Positions 23,713-36,164 of a stretch of DNA of 64,000 nucleotides are shown here, one piece after another. This stretch comes from Neoechinorhynchus agilis (lineage: Eukaryota; Animalia; Acanthocephala): NCBI GenBank assembly GCA_051530055.1, contig CM121342.1, positions 1,522,797 to 1,586,796 of the forward strand. Reading direction: 5' to 3'. The translations under genes were made by a program, and so were the position numbers. Below the pieces are notes generated by a model, which saw nothing but the letters and a program-made list of their open reading frames with translations, searched no databases and was not told the DNA's origin. The stretch's first letter is position 1. Each line of letters begins with the position of its first letter.

Positions 23713-25608
23713 TCCAATAATTCCGAGAAAAATTACTTACATCAAACCACTCCACTTTGTACAAATCTACCACCGGCTCCAAAGCTGCTCGATTCATCAG
23801 AGAACAAAACAGAGCGATGAGAGGAATACGAATGCAGCGATAGAAAGTTGGCGACGCTTTGGAAGGCACGAAAAAACAGAAGAATTTACTGCCAGTGTAG
23901 TGATTTGGCGCGAGTTATAATTTTTGTCGTCATTTTTTATCTCAAAAAATAGTATGCGAAAAGTGGCCATGCAATCTTTATGCTCGAAGTCTTTTTGAAT
24001 TAACAGCTATTTTACTCGCATTCTAAGGTGTTGCATAAAAAACTGCTAAAAAGTTCAGCATTGAAGCTCGAAAATCAGGCCAGCCTAATTCAATCGCTAT
24101 GTTGGAAGCCTCTGTCCACGTTAGAGATTATGTTTCTGATAGTCCTCTGCATTCAACTGCTTTGAGATTCGCTTCTCGCTGCCACTGCACAAATACTACC
24201 CCCAATCGATTCTCCTAAATGTTGATATTGCGCGGAAGCTAACTGTCATGATTGAAACCAACTTGTTTTATTCGCTAATCAACGCCAACCCCTTTCGTAT
24301 CTGCAAAATACTTCCTGTTCATTGTACAAACCAACATTGTTGATTAGCCCATTGTGCGCCATAAGATATCTACTACATTCGTTCCCCCTTCTTTGTTTAA
24401 AGGAAGACGGGTTTCGATCGTAATCGCGTGATTCGTCTTGGTCGGAAAACCATATCCTCCTTCCGATCCGTCAATTCATCTTCATTATGTTCTACTCGAT
24501 TCTCCTAAATGTTGATATTGCGCGGAAGCTAACGGTCATGATTGAAACCAACTTGTTTTATTCGCTAATCAACGGCAACCCCTTTCGTATCTGCAAAATA
24601 CTTCCTGTTCATTGTACAAACCAACATTGTTGATTAGCCCATTGTGGGCCATAAGATATCTACTACATTCGTTCCCCCTTCTTTGTTTAAAGGAAGACAT
24701 CGTACGGTCTGACGGGTTTCGATCGTACTCGCGTGATTCGTCTTGGTCGGAAAACCATATCCTCCTTCCGATCCGTCAATTCATCTTCATTATGTTCTAC
24801 TCGATTCTCTTAAATGTTGATATTGCTCGGAAGCTAACTGTCATGATTGAAACCAACTTGTTTTATTCGCTAATCAACGCCAACCCCTTTCGTATCTGCA
24901 AAATACTTCCTATTCATTGTACAAACCAACATTGATTAGCCAATTGTGCGCCATAAGATATCTACTACATTCGTTCCCCCTTCTTTGTTTAAAGGAAGAC
25001 ATCGTACGGTCTGACGGGTTTCGATCGTACTCGCGTGATTCGTCTTGGTCGGAAAACCATATCCTCCTTCCGATCCGTCAATTCCATCTTCATTATGTTC
25101 TACTCGATTCTCCTAAATGTTGATATTGCGCGGAAGCTAAACATCATGATTGGAAACCAACTTGTTTTTATTCGCTAATCAACGCCAACCGCTTTCGTAT
25201 CTGCAAAATACTTCCTGATCATTGTACAAACCAACATTGTTGATTAGCCCATTGTGCGCCATAAGATATCTACTACATTCGTTCCCCCTTCTTTGTTTAA
25301 AGGAAGACATCGTACGGTCTGACGGGTTTCGATCGTACTCGCGTGATTCGTCTTGGTCGGAAAACCATATCCTCCTTCCGATCCGTCAATTCATCTTCAT
25401 TATGTTCTACTTTTGTGACCCAAGAGTTCATTCTGCTCACTAACTTCGTCCGCCCACCTTTTTCTCTTTTTTCTTTTCACTGTTCCACATGGGAATCGCG
25501 TCTTCCACTTCTTCTCCTACCTAATCTTTCAGACCTAATTGAACAGCATTTCCCAATCTCCCTGTGCTTTAAGTGGTCAGTATGAGCTTTCTTGATCTGC
25601 TGGTTCGT
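23713..25608 (-). repeat. Right arm of the large inverted repeat
   Basis: Reverse complement of the 7996-13981 arm, with fewer satellite units. Confidence 0.9.
24206..25410 (-). repeat. ~290-304-bp LTR-derived satellite, ~4 copies, inverted relative to 8193-13487
   Basis: Same unit in reverse complement; three of four units keep the 14-bp segment. Confidence 0.95.
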
Positions 25609-25789
25609 CTATGTCCAAAACGCCTATACAATATAGAAAGTTATAGTTACCTCTGTTGCATGCTCGCTAAAAAGCCGTCCTAAATTTCTCAAATTAAAAC
25701 GAATGCTCATGCATTACCTGCTGATGTTGCTTAATCAACAAGCAGGAAAACAAAACCGACTGCAGTTTTTAGTGCTGCTTCTACTTTGT

Positions 25790-26870
25790 TGTTATTTATA
25801 TCGAAAACATGTATAGCCCAAAAAAGTTTCATGATTATGTTCATGGAAATAGTTTTACTATGTTTACGGACCACAAACCATTGCAGTTTATTTTCGGTCG
25901 AAATCGAGTTCTGTCCATGGTAGAAAATATACGCCTTGTTCGTTGGGCCCTAGCATTGTCATGTTATGAGAATGATATCGAAGATGTTCCTGGTAAAATG
26001 AAATTTTACGCTAACATATTGTCCAGGATGCCAGTGATAGAAGAAGGTGAAAAGAGAAGCAATGGGGTGTAAAGGAGCGAATTCATTACATTGCGAGTGA
26101 AAACGAAGCTGCTCTACATTCCACAAAAAATTCTGTGTAAAAACAGATAAGCAAATGTCCATTTGGAAAAGGTTTCTGAAATCAGGATGGCCATTTTCGG
26201 TGGAAGATACGGATATTGTTTTTTGGAGGCGCCGTAAGGAATTATCAATTCAAGGCAGCATCATACTGTGGCGGGGTTGAATCGTTATTCCGGAGGCTCT
26301 GCGATGAAAGGCTCTATCAAATTACATGAAGGACATCCTGGCATATAAACGATGAAGGTCTTGGCGTGCTATTATTGTTGGTGACCAGGAATTTGCCAGG
26401 GCATCGAGAAGCACATCAGAAGATGTTACGACTGCCAATCTTAAAGATCAGCTATGAGAGAGATGCCACCTTTCTCTTGGGAGCCATGAGACGAGCTTTG
26501 GAAGATGATCCATTTTGACTTTGCTGGGACAATCGGTGGTTCTACGTGAAAGCGACCGACGCACTTTCTCAGTAGCCCAAAGTTTGTATTATACCTTCTT
26601 TCAATGTCAAAAACACAATTGAATATTTGAAGGAAGCGTTTGCTGTTCCGGGTACCAGAACGGATAGTAACGGACAACGGACCGCAGTTTTTGGCAGGAG
26701 AGTTCGAAGAGTTTTGCGAAAAAGCGGGATTACCCTTTGCCCCAGCTCGATATAGAAATGTTTTTCACGAGAAGATGATACCAGCGTCCGTAGTCGAACC
26801 AAAGGGACCGCTGTCCTACAAAACAGACTCAAAAATTGAAAGACGAGTTATCGCAGATCTATAAAAAGAT
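25790..26870 (+). mobile_element. Decayed Ty3/Gypsy pol fragment (RNase H + integrase)
   Basis: KKFHDYVHGNSFTMFTDHKPLQFIFG (RNase H), LHEGHPG and C..CQ zinc-finger relics, HFDFAG, and VPERIVTDNGPQFLAGEFEEFCEK; many stops. Confidence 0.9.
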
Positions 26871-26959
26871 TTGAAATCAGCGCGTCGAGAAGATGTATGC
26901 AAGTGAAATCAGCATTAAAATTTGATCAATAAAAAGCAATTAATTATTAAACTTTTTAT

Positions 26960-27302
26960 TTTTTAAAATTTACAAGTTTTGGTGGATAATGTTCTGTGGA
27001 GCCGCGGTTTTCCTCACGCTGGCAGCATAACTTCGTTGTACTGCGAGGGAGATGTTTTGTTTAAGGAATGCTGTCGCGCGCGGGTGCCTTTTCATCGCCA
27101 CTCCTTTTCCCATGCTGCCCAATCTTATCGAATACCAGAACTTGAAATGAACCTGAGGAAAGACCAACCTTATAAGCGCTCCTGCAAACAATCACCAACA
27201 GTTCCCACCAGGACGGACCTTGCAACCCAACCGGATATTCTCGAACGGACACATTCTCACCCGAGCGAACCTCCCACGACTGGATATTCCCTTCCTAAGG
27301 GA
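26960..27302 (-). mobile_element. CRE-clade 3' fragment at the left edge of the segmental duplication
   Basis: ATAFLKQNISLAVQRSYAASV. Confidence 0.7.
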
Positions 27303-27649
27303 TGTGTTTTTTGAACAATGTGAGCTCGAATGCTTTGTGAATTCGAATGCTTATGAAGACCCAAAAGTAAATGGGTCCTCCTATTCTTTCTTTGTATTTT
27401 TCAACAATAAACGTTTTGTTATTATTACCTAAGAAGAATTCCGATAGCTTGCAACAAAAATATTATCGTTGTCAACAACAAGTATTTGTAGTTAGCAAAT
27501 ATTTGTGCATAACGCGAATAATGGCTAAAGAAGTGCTGTAAATTTGCTGCTACAAATGCCAACATTTTGACAGCTTTTACGCTCCTTGTTAGCCAATCGG
27601 TGTTTATTTATTTTCGATTTTGATGTTTCGAGAGAAGTTTCACGTTTAC

Positions 27650-29430
27650 AATATCGTTATTACAGACCCATACGTTATGATTGTTCGGCAGCTCCGCGCT
27701 TATTCGCTGCAGCAAGAATCTGCTGGAGCGCATGTCGCCGGTGGCATGTTTCAGCATTTTTCCCAGTCAAGGAAGGAAATAATCGGCTTCTTTTCCGAGG
27801 TATCCCAGCGTTTCCACCGCAATCCGGATGAACATCTATTGATGCCCATCGAGCGAGGAGTGCTTATGCCGCTTCTTTTAATCGCTGAGGCTGGTGATTG
27901 CTACCGCTTTTGAGGTAGCATCCCGTAAATGGGATGCTGTGAGCGTGTTGGGGCAAGTAAAATCCCAAACCAGTATTTTCCCGGAGCACCAAGGGGAGAG
28001 TGTCTCCATCAGGGCGTTTACCGTCGTTCCGGGAGAGTCCAACTGGTTCGAGTCGAGCTGGAAAACCGGCCGTTGAGATGGCTTCCTTGATTATGCGGTT
28101 GACTGCTGAGTGCCGTGCGCAGCGAGCATTTGAACTCTTGCAGTCAAGGTCGTGAGTTCCCGACCTATTCACTGTCCCACCGCACCGACATGTATATGAG
28201 CCTGAGAATTCGATGCCCAACCGAAGTCCCACAGCGACGGTGATGGCTTGGTCATCCAGCCTCGTGGCAACAATCGTGACCGGGAAAACCTTCAAGAAGT
28301 CGCTTGAGTGAGGAGCTGAGACTGACAGGAGACGAACTCTATCGGTGAGAGATGAGCATGAGTTGAGAAGCTGTTGATAATACGCAGTGTGGAGCAAGGC
28401 AGTCCAACGTTTTTGGGAGTTTGTTTCCGTTGGAACGACCTGCCCGAACACTGATGTCCATTGAGCGTGCGTTTCAATCAGTTCAGGTGGTGGATACGAC
28501 TCTAGTCGAATGTGTGGTGGGATGATTCTCAGCACCAGGTCTGAAGAGACCGAGATCGACGACGAAAAGGCAGGAATTGCTACTTCGGTGGTACTCTGGA
28601 TGCCAAGACCGCCGAATCGAATGGGAAGGATCGCCTGTTTCCATGCTGTGTCGGACAGTCGTAGGTTAAGTACTTCTGACAGGGTTGATCGAACGCAGTT
28701 GTCGAAATCCCTGGTGAGCACTGACTTGAAGCATGGAGAAGTCCTCAGAAGGTACGCAATCTTCGGAAGCGACAGACATCGTGATAATATGAACAGAGCG
28801 TCGTATCGCGCGATGTGCAAGAGCCTGGAGGCAGTGAGCCGCATTTGATCGATAGCTTTTGAGAGGAACGTTTCCAGGTTGGACAGGTTACCGATTGGAG
28901 ACTCAAGAATGTCAGCTGAGTCGATTGCAGTTGTGTTTGCTCCAGGTAGTACGGTGAGCAGTCTTGATGATATCGGCACCCATTTCGGAGATGTTTTTGA
29001 TGTCGCGGATGAGTTGGTCGATCTCCCCTCCAAAGCAACAGTCGTCAAGGTACCAGATCGATAACTCTGACGAAGAGCTGTGGGCAAGATGATTGATCGT
29101 AAATGCGAACAGCAGAGGACCTAAAGGATTACCTTGTTGAACGCCCTCTGCTGATTCGACCTGGAACTCGCCGAACAGCAGCATGATGGCCTGGTCGTAG
29201 CACAATGACACGTTCTGGTAGATTTCTGGTAGGTGCTGGTGGACAACCTCTGTTATCGCGGAGCGGCATATTGAATTGAACGCACCATTCCGACTATACG
29301 CTCGTGCTGCATGTACGGCCGCCTCGGCTCCAGCAGGAACTCTGACTCCTAATTGAACCGGCAAGAGTTGATCGATCAATTGATCGGTGGCGAACTTACA
29401 CGCGGCTTTGGATGCCAACCGACGATAGGT
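27650..29430 (-). mobile_element. 5'-truncated CRE-clade retrotransposon (RT + RLE), copy A
   Basis: PVQLGV, GVQQGNPLGP, YLDD, WKQAILPIRFGGLG, CRCG..HDLDC, RHSAVN, EPVGLSRNDGKRPDG; frameshifted. Confidence 0.92.
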
Positions 29431-30983
29431 TTCGACTAAAGGTAAAAAAATTTATGTTAGGAGAATTAATCAATTTTAATCCGATTTTCCAGTATTCTAA
29501 AGATAATTTCAAGCAGGCGTTCGGGCTCAAAAATTGATTGGGCGTTTCTATTTTCCTGGACGCCTTCTGTACATCTTCTTGAGGAACAGCTTCCTTTATA
29601 GAATTGCTCTTACTTGATTGTGATAAATTATCCGGAATCGATTGAAGCACTTTGTCTACATTATAACAACTTAATTTGTTATCTGTGAATAAAGTTGGCA
29701 GATATTCAACGATGCAGTTTTATTCAACTTCTAAGGTTTTAGTAGGTTCAACTTGTTAATTTGATTGATTTCTTTATGTTTGGATGCCGGCACTTCTTTA
29801 ATTTGAATCCTTTGCGATCGAAGTCTTGCCATTTTTGGCTACAATTTAATATCGCAATTATTATTCATTTTCTTTATAAGAGGTCGTCGTTGGGGTTTCT
29901 CTGTATTACATTTTTTTCTAAATTTGTTTGTAAAAAATAAAACTTCGATAATATGCAATTAATTGCAGCTCGAATTGTCTTGGAAAAATTATGTAACATC
30001 AATTGATAATATAATTTGTTCGTTGATTAAAAAAATATTTGTTGTTGGATAAAATTTTTTTGGAACATGTTTGTATTTTTAGAGCAATTGTTTAAACATT
30101 GACATTGAATCGAATTTTTGTTTTCTTTAATGATAAATCGGCTGCACGAAGTGATGCATTATTTCTGCTTAAAATCGAGACCATAAGTTGATCGAAAGCA
30201 TAAGCAAGACTACAAGATCGATTTCTTCGAACCGAATTCCTTTGATGTAAAAATCAATCGCATTCCCGCCGGTGCGAGCGTAACGAGGTATTTTATGCCA
30301 AAGCACTCTAAGTAATCTTTATACGAATTAGAAGCGCGTTTGCTTGATACAAAAACTCAAGCAACCTTTCGCATTTTAGCTTTCAAGAATTGCCTCATCG
30401 CACACTAAAAAAAGCTCCCAAATCACAGAGGGCGCTCACCGAAACGCGGTTCGATTCCTAATTTCAAACATATTTCCTGATTTCCCTGATTGTTTAATGT
30501 CGTTTTGCAAAACAATTCAAAAAATATATTTGAATATATTCTAAAAAATTCATATCTTCTTAACTTTTAATATATAGACATTAGTTTCTTTAGATGTTCT
30601 AAGATCTTATAAAGGTTCACTTAATTTCGGAGCAGAGATCATTCACACCATCGCTTTTGGGTAGATAGTTTAATAAAATTTTTATTCCTTTAACTTTAAT
30701 TCTTCTTTTAGTTGTAACCTTTTTAACGTATAAGTATTTTTTTACCTAAATGCATACAACACAACTTCTTTGGCCGTTAGATAGCCTTATAGTATTTTTT
30801 TCAAATTCTTTATATATATAATTTATCCAAAAATAGGATATCAGTTTTTAATTTTAAACAATATTGATTCCTTTAAATAGTCGCTCGATATTTCCACTTT
30901 GTTAAATTTTTATATTTCTGCGTAGCGCGGTAGATTCTATGGCAACGAGATAAAGAAAAAAGAAATGTACATTTGAAGACGTT

Positions 30984-33029
30984 ATGAATAACAATGAATC
31001 ATTGAAGCAGTGTCCAATTTGCAGTCGCAGATTCTCGTCCAAATCATTTCAGCGCCACTACAAGGGGTGTGAAGTGTCAGGATTAAGAACCAGGCAGCCT
31101 TTTGAACGTGGAAAGGAACGTGTAATTCGCATTGGTGATGCATCCTTCAAAGTGAGCGTGGAAGTAAATGGATACGACGAAAAGAAGGATTTTAAAAGGA
31201 TTACGGCATGGCGTAAGAATTATGAGAATTTCGCAGTAGATCTAAAAGGAATTAACGAACAAGTGGAGGATTTAGTGAAGGATAAAGACCAGGAAAGTAA
31301 CGATGACGATCGGGTTCGCTGCCCGCATTGCTGCCGTCGTTTCTTTAAAAGTTCAGCGGGCCGCCACATTCCACCTTGTGCGAGGAGATTTGCCGAAATC
31401 AAATTGAAAAAGAAACTCGACGAGAGAACGAGTGTATATTGTGGTTCGCCTCAAAATGCAAATGATATGAAAAAAACCAAAGTTCGCCAAGGGGTTATCG
31501 GAGGCGCTGAGCGAAAAAGAGCACAAGGTAAGTGGGTGGAGATATCATCGACGAATGCGCGAATACAACAACTTCAACGGAATGGGACACCAGTAAGCGA
31601 AAAGAAAGATCTGACAAATAATTTGCGATTGGTTATTCCGTCGAAGCAGAAGGTAGAAAGAGTAAAAGCGAAAAATAAGAATTTTAATACCTTATTTCCA
31701 CCGAAAGCACAAAATTTTCAAAAAAAGAGGACGACAAACGAAGAGGTGAGAACAGCGAATGGATTTCATGGGCAAGTTCTCAATAGCAGCAAAACCGTTA
31801 TAAAGGGAATTAATCGGATTCGTACTGAAATGACGAATAAAAAGAACTGCATCATAAAATTTGATAAGGAAAGTAGATGGAGAAAAAACGAAGAAACCGT
31901 TTTAGATAATCGCAAAGGAATAGGACCTATTAATTCTGAACATATGTCGTTAGAATCTAAATCACCGCCCTGTGAATTAAATTACGACTTTATTCAAAGG
32001 AAGAAAAAATTGCCATATAATCAGAATGGAAGTACGAATAAAAGGATTAAAAAAAGCAGTCAGAAGAGCATGATCGGACTAGCCAATAAATTTAAAAAGA
32101 ATAGTGAGATTGTTGGTGTTGGTTGCCTCGAAACGTCAAAATGTTATTGCGAAAACAATAGCGGGTTTCCTCAAGAACGTAGTGAAATAGTGAATTTCGA
32201 TCGAGATTTAAAGATGTTGAACATAGTGAAAGTGAAAGGTCGAAAGTCAGAAGAGTCCAAAGTTAGGATTCGGAATGGTTTAGGAGTTTCTTTGGAGAGA
32301 AATTTCGGTGAAAACAAAGCGAATGGATTTCATGGGCAAGTTCTCAATAGCAGCAAAACCGTTATAAAGGGAATTAATCGGATTCGTACTGAAATGACGA
32401 ATAAAAAGAACTGCATCATAAAATTTGATAAGGAAAGTAGATGGAGAAAAAACGAAGAAACCGTTTTAGATAATCGCAAAGGAATAGGACCTATTAATTC
32501 TGAACATATGTCGTTAGAATCTAAATCACCGCCCTGTAAATTAAATTACGACTTTATTCAAAGGAAGAAAAAATTGCCATATAATCAGAATGGAAGTACG
32601 AATAAAAGGATTAAAAAAAGCAGTCAAAAGAGCATGATCGGACTAGCCAATAAATTTAAAAAGAATAGTGAGATTGTTGGTGTTGGTTGCCTCGAAACGT
32701 CAAAATGTTATTGCGAAAACAATAGCGGGTTTCCTCAAGAACGTAGTGAAGTAGTGAATTTCGATCGAGATTTAAAGATGTTGAACATAGTGAAAGTGAA
32801 AGGTCGAAAGTCAGAAGAGTCCAAAGTTAGGATTCGGAATGGTTTAGGAGTTTCTTTGGAGAGAAATTTCGGTGAAAACAAAAAAGAACCACGAAATTGC
32901 ATCATGAGAATTTCAAACACAAAGAAAAATATTCGAATTTGTAAAAGATGTAAACAAGAATTCTCTGATGAACAAAACTATGTGAAGTTTTGCATGTTTT
33001 GCGGATTTGCTTGTAATTTTAAACATTAA
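30984..33029 (+). CDS. ZC2HC1: ZC2HC1/FAM164-like C2HC zinc-finger protein, intronless, with a 188-aa internal tandem duplication
   Basis: CPICSRRF...RHYKGC, WRKNYENF, CPHCCRRF...RHIPPC and C-terminal CKRC...KFCMFCG. The 564-bp repeat starts at 31755 and 32319. Confidence 0.75.
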   Translation: MNNNESLKQCPICSRRFSSKSFQRHYKGCEVSGLRTRQPFERGKERVIRIGDASFKVSVEVNGYDEKKDFKRITAWRKNYENFAVDLKGINEQVEDLVKDKDQESNDDDRVRCPHCCRRFFKSSAGRHIPPCARRFAEIKLKKKLDERTSVYCGSPQNANDMKKTKVRQGVIGGAERKRAQGKWVEISSTNARIQQLQRNGTPVSEKKDLTNNLRLVIPSKQKVERVKAKNKNFNTLFPPKAQNFQKKRTTNEEVRTANGFHGQVLNSSKTVIKGINRIRTEMTNKKNCIIKFDKESRWRKNEETVLDNRKGIGPINSEHMSLESKSPPCELNYDFIQRKKKLPYNQNGSTNKRIKKSSQKSMIGLANKFKKNSEIVGVGCLETSKCYCENNSGFPQERSEIVNFDRDLKMLNIVKVKGRKSEESKVRIRNGLGVSLERNFGENKANGFHGQVLNSSKTVIKGINRIRTEMTNKKNCIIKFDKESRWRKNEETVLDNRKGIGPINSEHMSLESKSPPCKLNYDFIQRKKKLPYNQNGSTNKRIKKSSQKSMIGLANKFKKNSEIVGVGCLETSKCYCENNSGFPQERSEVVNFDRDLKMLNIVKVKGRKSEESKVRIRNGLGVSLERNFGENKKEPRNCIMRISNTKKNIRICKRCKQEFSDEQNYVKFCMFCGFACNFKH

Positions 33030-33066
33030 AAATATATCATAGAGAATTGTCGCCGGGGTGAATTTG

Positions 33067-33127
33067 ATTCGAGTTTGGCGAGGTTTTTCCCTTAAAAATC
33101 CTGGGGAAAACCTCACCAAACTCGAAT
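33067..33127. repeat. Strong hairpin just 3' of the ZC2HC1-like stop (also 46438-46498)
   Basis: attcgagtttggcgaggtttttccc ... ggggaaaacctcaccaaactcgaat; ~25-bp arms. Confidence 0.8.
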
Positions 33128-34037
33128 TAAAAATATATGTATTATTTAGTAATTCAAAGTAGAAACATTGACTGTTTAATCAGGTTATCTTTTATAAGGG
33201 CACGCAAAATCAATCGCAATGTATTTTAAATTTTATAATAAGCAATTGGTAATTCGGTACATTTTATTCGAGAGTAACTTTTCAATAAAATGATTCTTTT
33301 AATTTTTTAAATACTAAGAAAACGACGGGATCCAAAAAAAAATTTGTGAATATTTTTTATCAGAATCAAGAATTTTATCCAAAATTCTCCAGAATAACAA
33401 ATTTTCTTAAAATAAATTAGCTACACATTAAAAGACTTTTTCTTTAGTTTCCATGTTTAGGAATTAAAGTCACGGATCTGCTTCCTTCAACTGATTCGTT
33501 TACAAATTTTGAAGATGGAAAATTCTTCACGCAAATATCCACTGACAACACCAACAAGAAGGATTTAAAAATTAGATAAATTAAGCGAAATCAACTGCAT
33601 TAATAGGTGTAAATCCTTCTGAAACAGCCTAAAAGATGGACGTTTTTGGAATGCAAATAAATAATACTCAATACGACGACAGATATTGCAAGATTTCGGT
33701 ACCAGAATCGGTCGGTAAATAATGATATGTAATTAAACATAAAATTGGTTGAAAGATAATGCAAGTTTTGAGCGCTACAGATTCCGAAACTTGTTATAGT
33801 GTTAGAGAAGAAATTTGATATTTGCTCCACGAAAATACATATTAACTACACCTTGCAAATTCCCTTTCGAGTCTATTCATTTGTTTCTTCTTTAAATTCC
33901 ACTAACATTTAAGTGACTACTTTTTAAGCATTTTGGTTTTGTACTGATCTCTGAACTAGACATTTTGGGGGAAATCAAAGCCTCGAGTATCTTTACATAA
34001 TCTCGCTTTCTTCATTTTCATAACATTAACCGTTTCG

Positions 34038-34219
34038 ATGACCACATTTTTACCTTGCGAGTTATTGGAACAAGGAATCACTTCATGGCTCTCGCAGACG
34101 GGACTCCAACAAACTCCAGCCAACGCGCACGATCAATCGGCTTGGGATAAACCCTTAATCCTGACGGCTCACAACAACGGTGGTGGCATCGTTGACGGCG
34201 GTGGTGGCATCGTTGACGG
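34038..34219 (+). mobile_element. CRE fragment fused by deletion to two copies of the 21-bp repeat
   Basis: HDQSAWDKPL matches CRE. In copy B the same sequence runs on into an intact CRE 3' half (47549 onward). Confidence 0.8.
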
Positions 34220-36164
34220 TTGAATTTTGTTCAATCTTCCGCTATTTTTAAATGACCATTAATATGGGTTATACAGATTTTTTACTAAACGCTTCTTAGA
34301 ATAGCAACACAGTTTCTGAGTGTATTTATGAGCGAAAAATGAATTTATTGTATCGCTCAAGTAATTCGCGCGCATTTTTATATTTTGATTCTCTTAAATG
34401 ATAGATATACTAAAAGGTTTAAAGTCAATGTTTTGTTAACAGAATCGAACACAAATGGCTAACTTAAGATCTCACTTGTTCAATATCGACGCTGGTTAAA
34501 CTCTTGAATTAATGCTTTTAGTTCAGGGTTATTAGTCTTCTTTACATCTGACATTAACTGATTATTTTAATATGTTCGATTTCCTACGGTATCTGTAATT
34601 TTCACTGATTCTAGGACGAAGTGAAACGACGCAGTACGGATTAATGCTACCTTTGTTAAACAAAAGCAGTTATATTTCCATAATACAATTTGTATCAACG
34701 GCAATAAAAGCCTACAAATAACCCTCAACGAATTAAAGTCGTAAAATAGTAGCACGTTCGATGAAGGTAGTTCGAACTATTACATAATGATCAGTGGTTA
34801 AAATACAGAATTGTTAATTCTACAATATAACTTGTAAAAATGAAATTTTAACGATCTGATGAAAAACTCCACTTATTGAATATTATATACTAATCTTTTA
34901 AGTACACGCGTGTTTTATCAGTAAATTTTCGGGCAAATCGTTTAATCATGTAATTTTAATTGAAAACTAATACCCAATGTATATATTTCATCTTAACATT
35001 TTTCCTTTTTGTAAATCCTTGCCAGCCATTGGAAACTCTTCAATAAAAGTTTAATTGTCGATATCTTGCCATTGTTCGACCCTTCGGCAAGTGAACCATT
35101 CTAGAATTTCCTGTTCCTTTTCTGCCTGATGGTTTATGACAACAAATTATTCTTGTTGCAATGGCATCCCCTTATCGCGTTCTAACGCAGAGACAATGTC
35201 TCCGACCTTGTTTTTGTTTATCTTTTCTATTTCAATTTTTAACAGTATTCAGATTGATCCATGGAAATGATTCGGTCCGAGTTGATGCGGTGGTAGATTA
35301 ACTCTCAAACATTCGAGCTTTGCTGTTCATTGGTATTATCAGTCGTTGGGAAAAACAATATTCCGATCGACGTTCCATCTCCTCGCTGGTGACTCGAAAT
35401 ACAATATTTCCCAGTTCTTGAATCAAGTTTAAAGTCTTCTGTCATCTTAATAAGAGAAAAAAGATTAAGTTGATCGTGTGTATTTTTTCCCAAAAAAGAT
35501 GGATCAGTATGATACGAGTATTGGCACGTTGGGATTTACGTTTTCCGGTCTTAATTCTGCTTTTAAACTGATGGGTTAGTCAAAGGCTGAACAGTTAATT
35601 TTGGTCGAGCAACCAAGTTATGCAAGATATACACAATTCGAGTTTATTTGCACATGCTGAATAGTGCACTGCAGTTATTTGTTCAACCAGTCAGTGAACG
35701 ACGTCAGGCCTATTGAATTTATGTAGCCAATCAAAGAACGAGTTTTATGAACCGCTTTTTATCTGCTATTCTCGGCTTCAATTAAGTACTCTGCAGTTCA
35801 GTATCGGGTTCAATTAGGTCAGCAATCGTATTTAAATAACGGTTTAAATTTGTGGGGCTTTAGAGGCAAAAAGGACCGAAATTAATTGAAACATGGAATT
35901 GACGACCTTCTTCATAGCTTAAATATCTCGCAGTCGATTCATTTGAACAAATTTGACAATTTTTCGAAGTTCCGATAGGCGCAAAAAGCTCTATGTACAG
36001 GCCATAGATCTCGGTAGCGTTTCCCGGCTAAATTTCTTCGTTAAATTATTAACTGATATGAAAGGACGCATCTACGAACCAAAACTCTGCAATCCCAAGT
36101 TTTTGAAAGTAAAGATCTGTAATTTTTATGAAATTTGACGTTATAGGAAGAAAAACTTCTGTTG

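Noticed and set aside
24700-24770. Hammerhead ribozyme in the LTR-derived satellite (ctgacgg...gaaa)
   Set aside because: The core is CUGACGG rather than CUGANGA, no stems I-III form, and the segment is explained as the antisense of the pol end.
29430-30450. Host gene divergent from ZC2HC1-like (ORF 29396-29650 and upstream frames); also small ORFs 33600-33830 and 39260-39469
   Set aside because: No recognisable motifs, and no consistent splice model could be built by eye; left unannotated rather than guessed.
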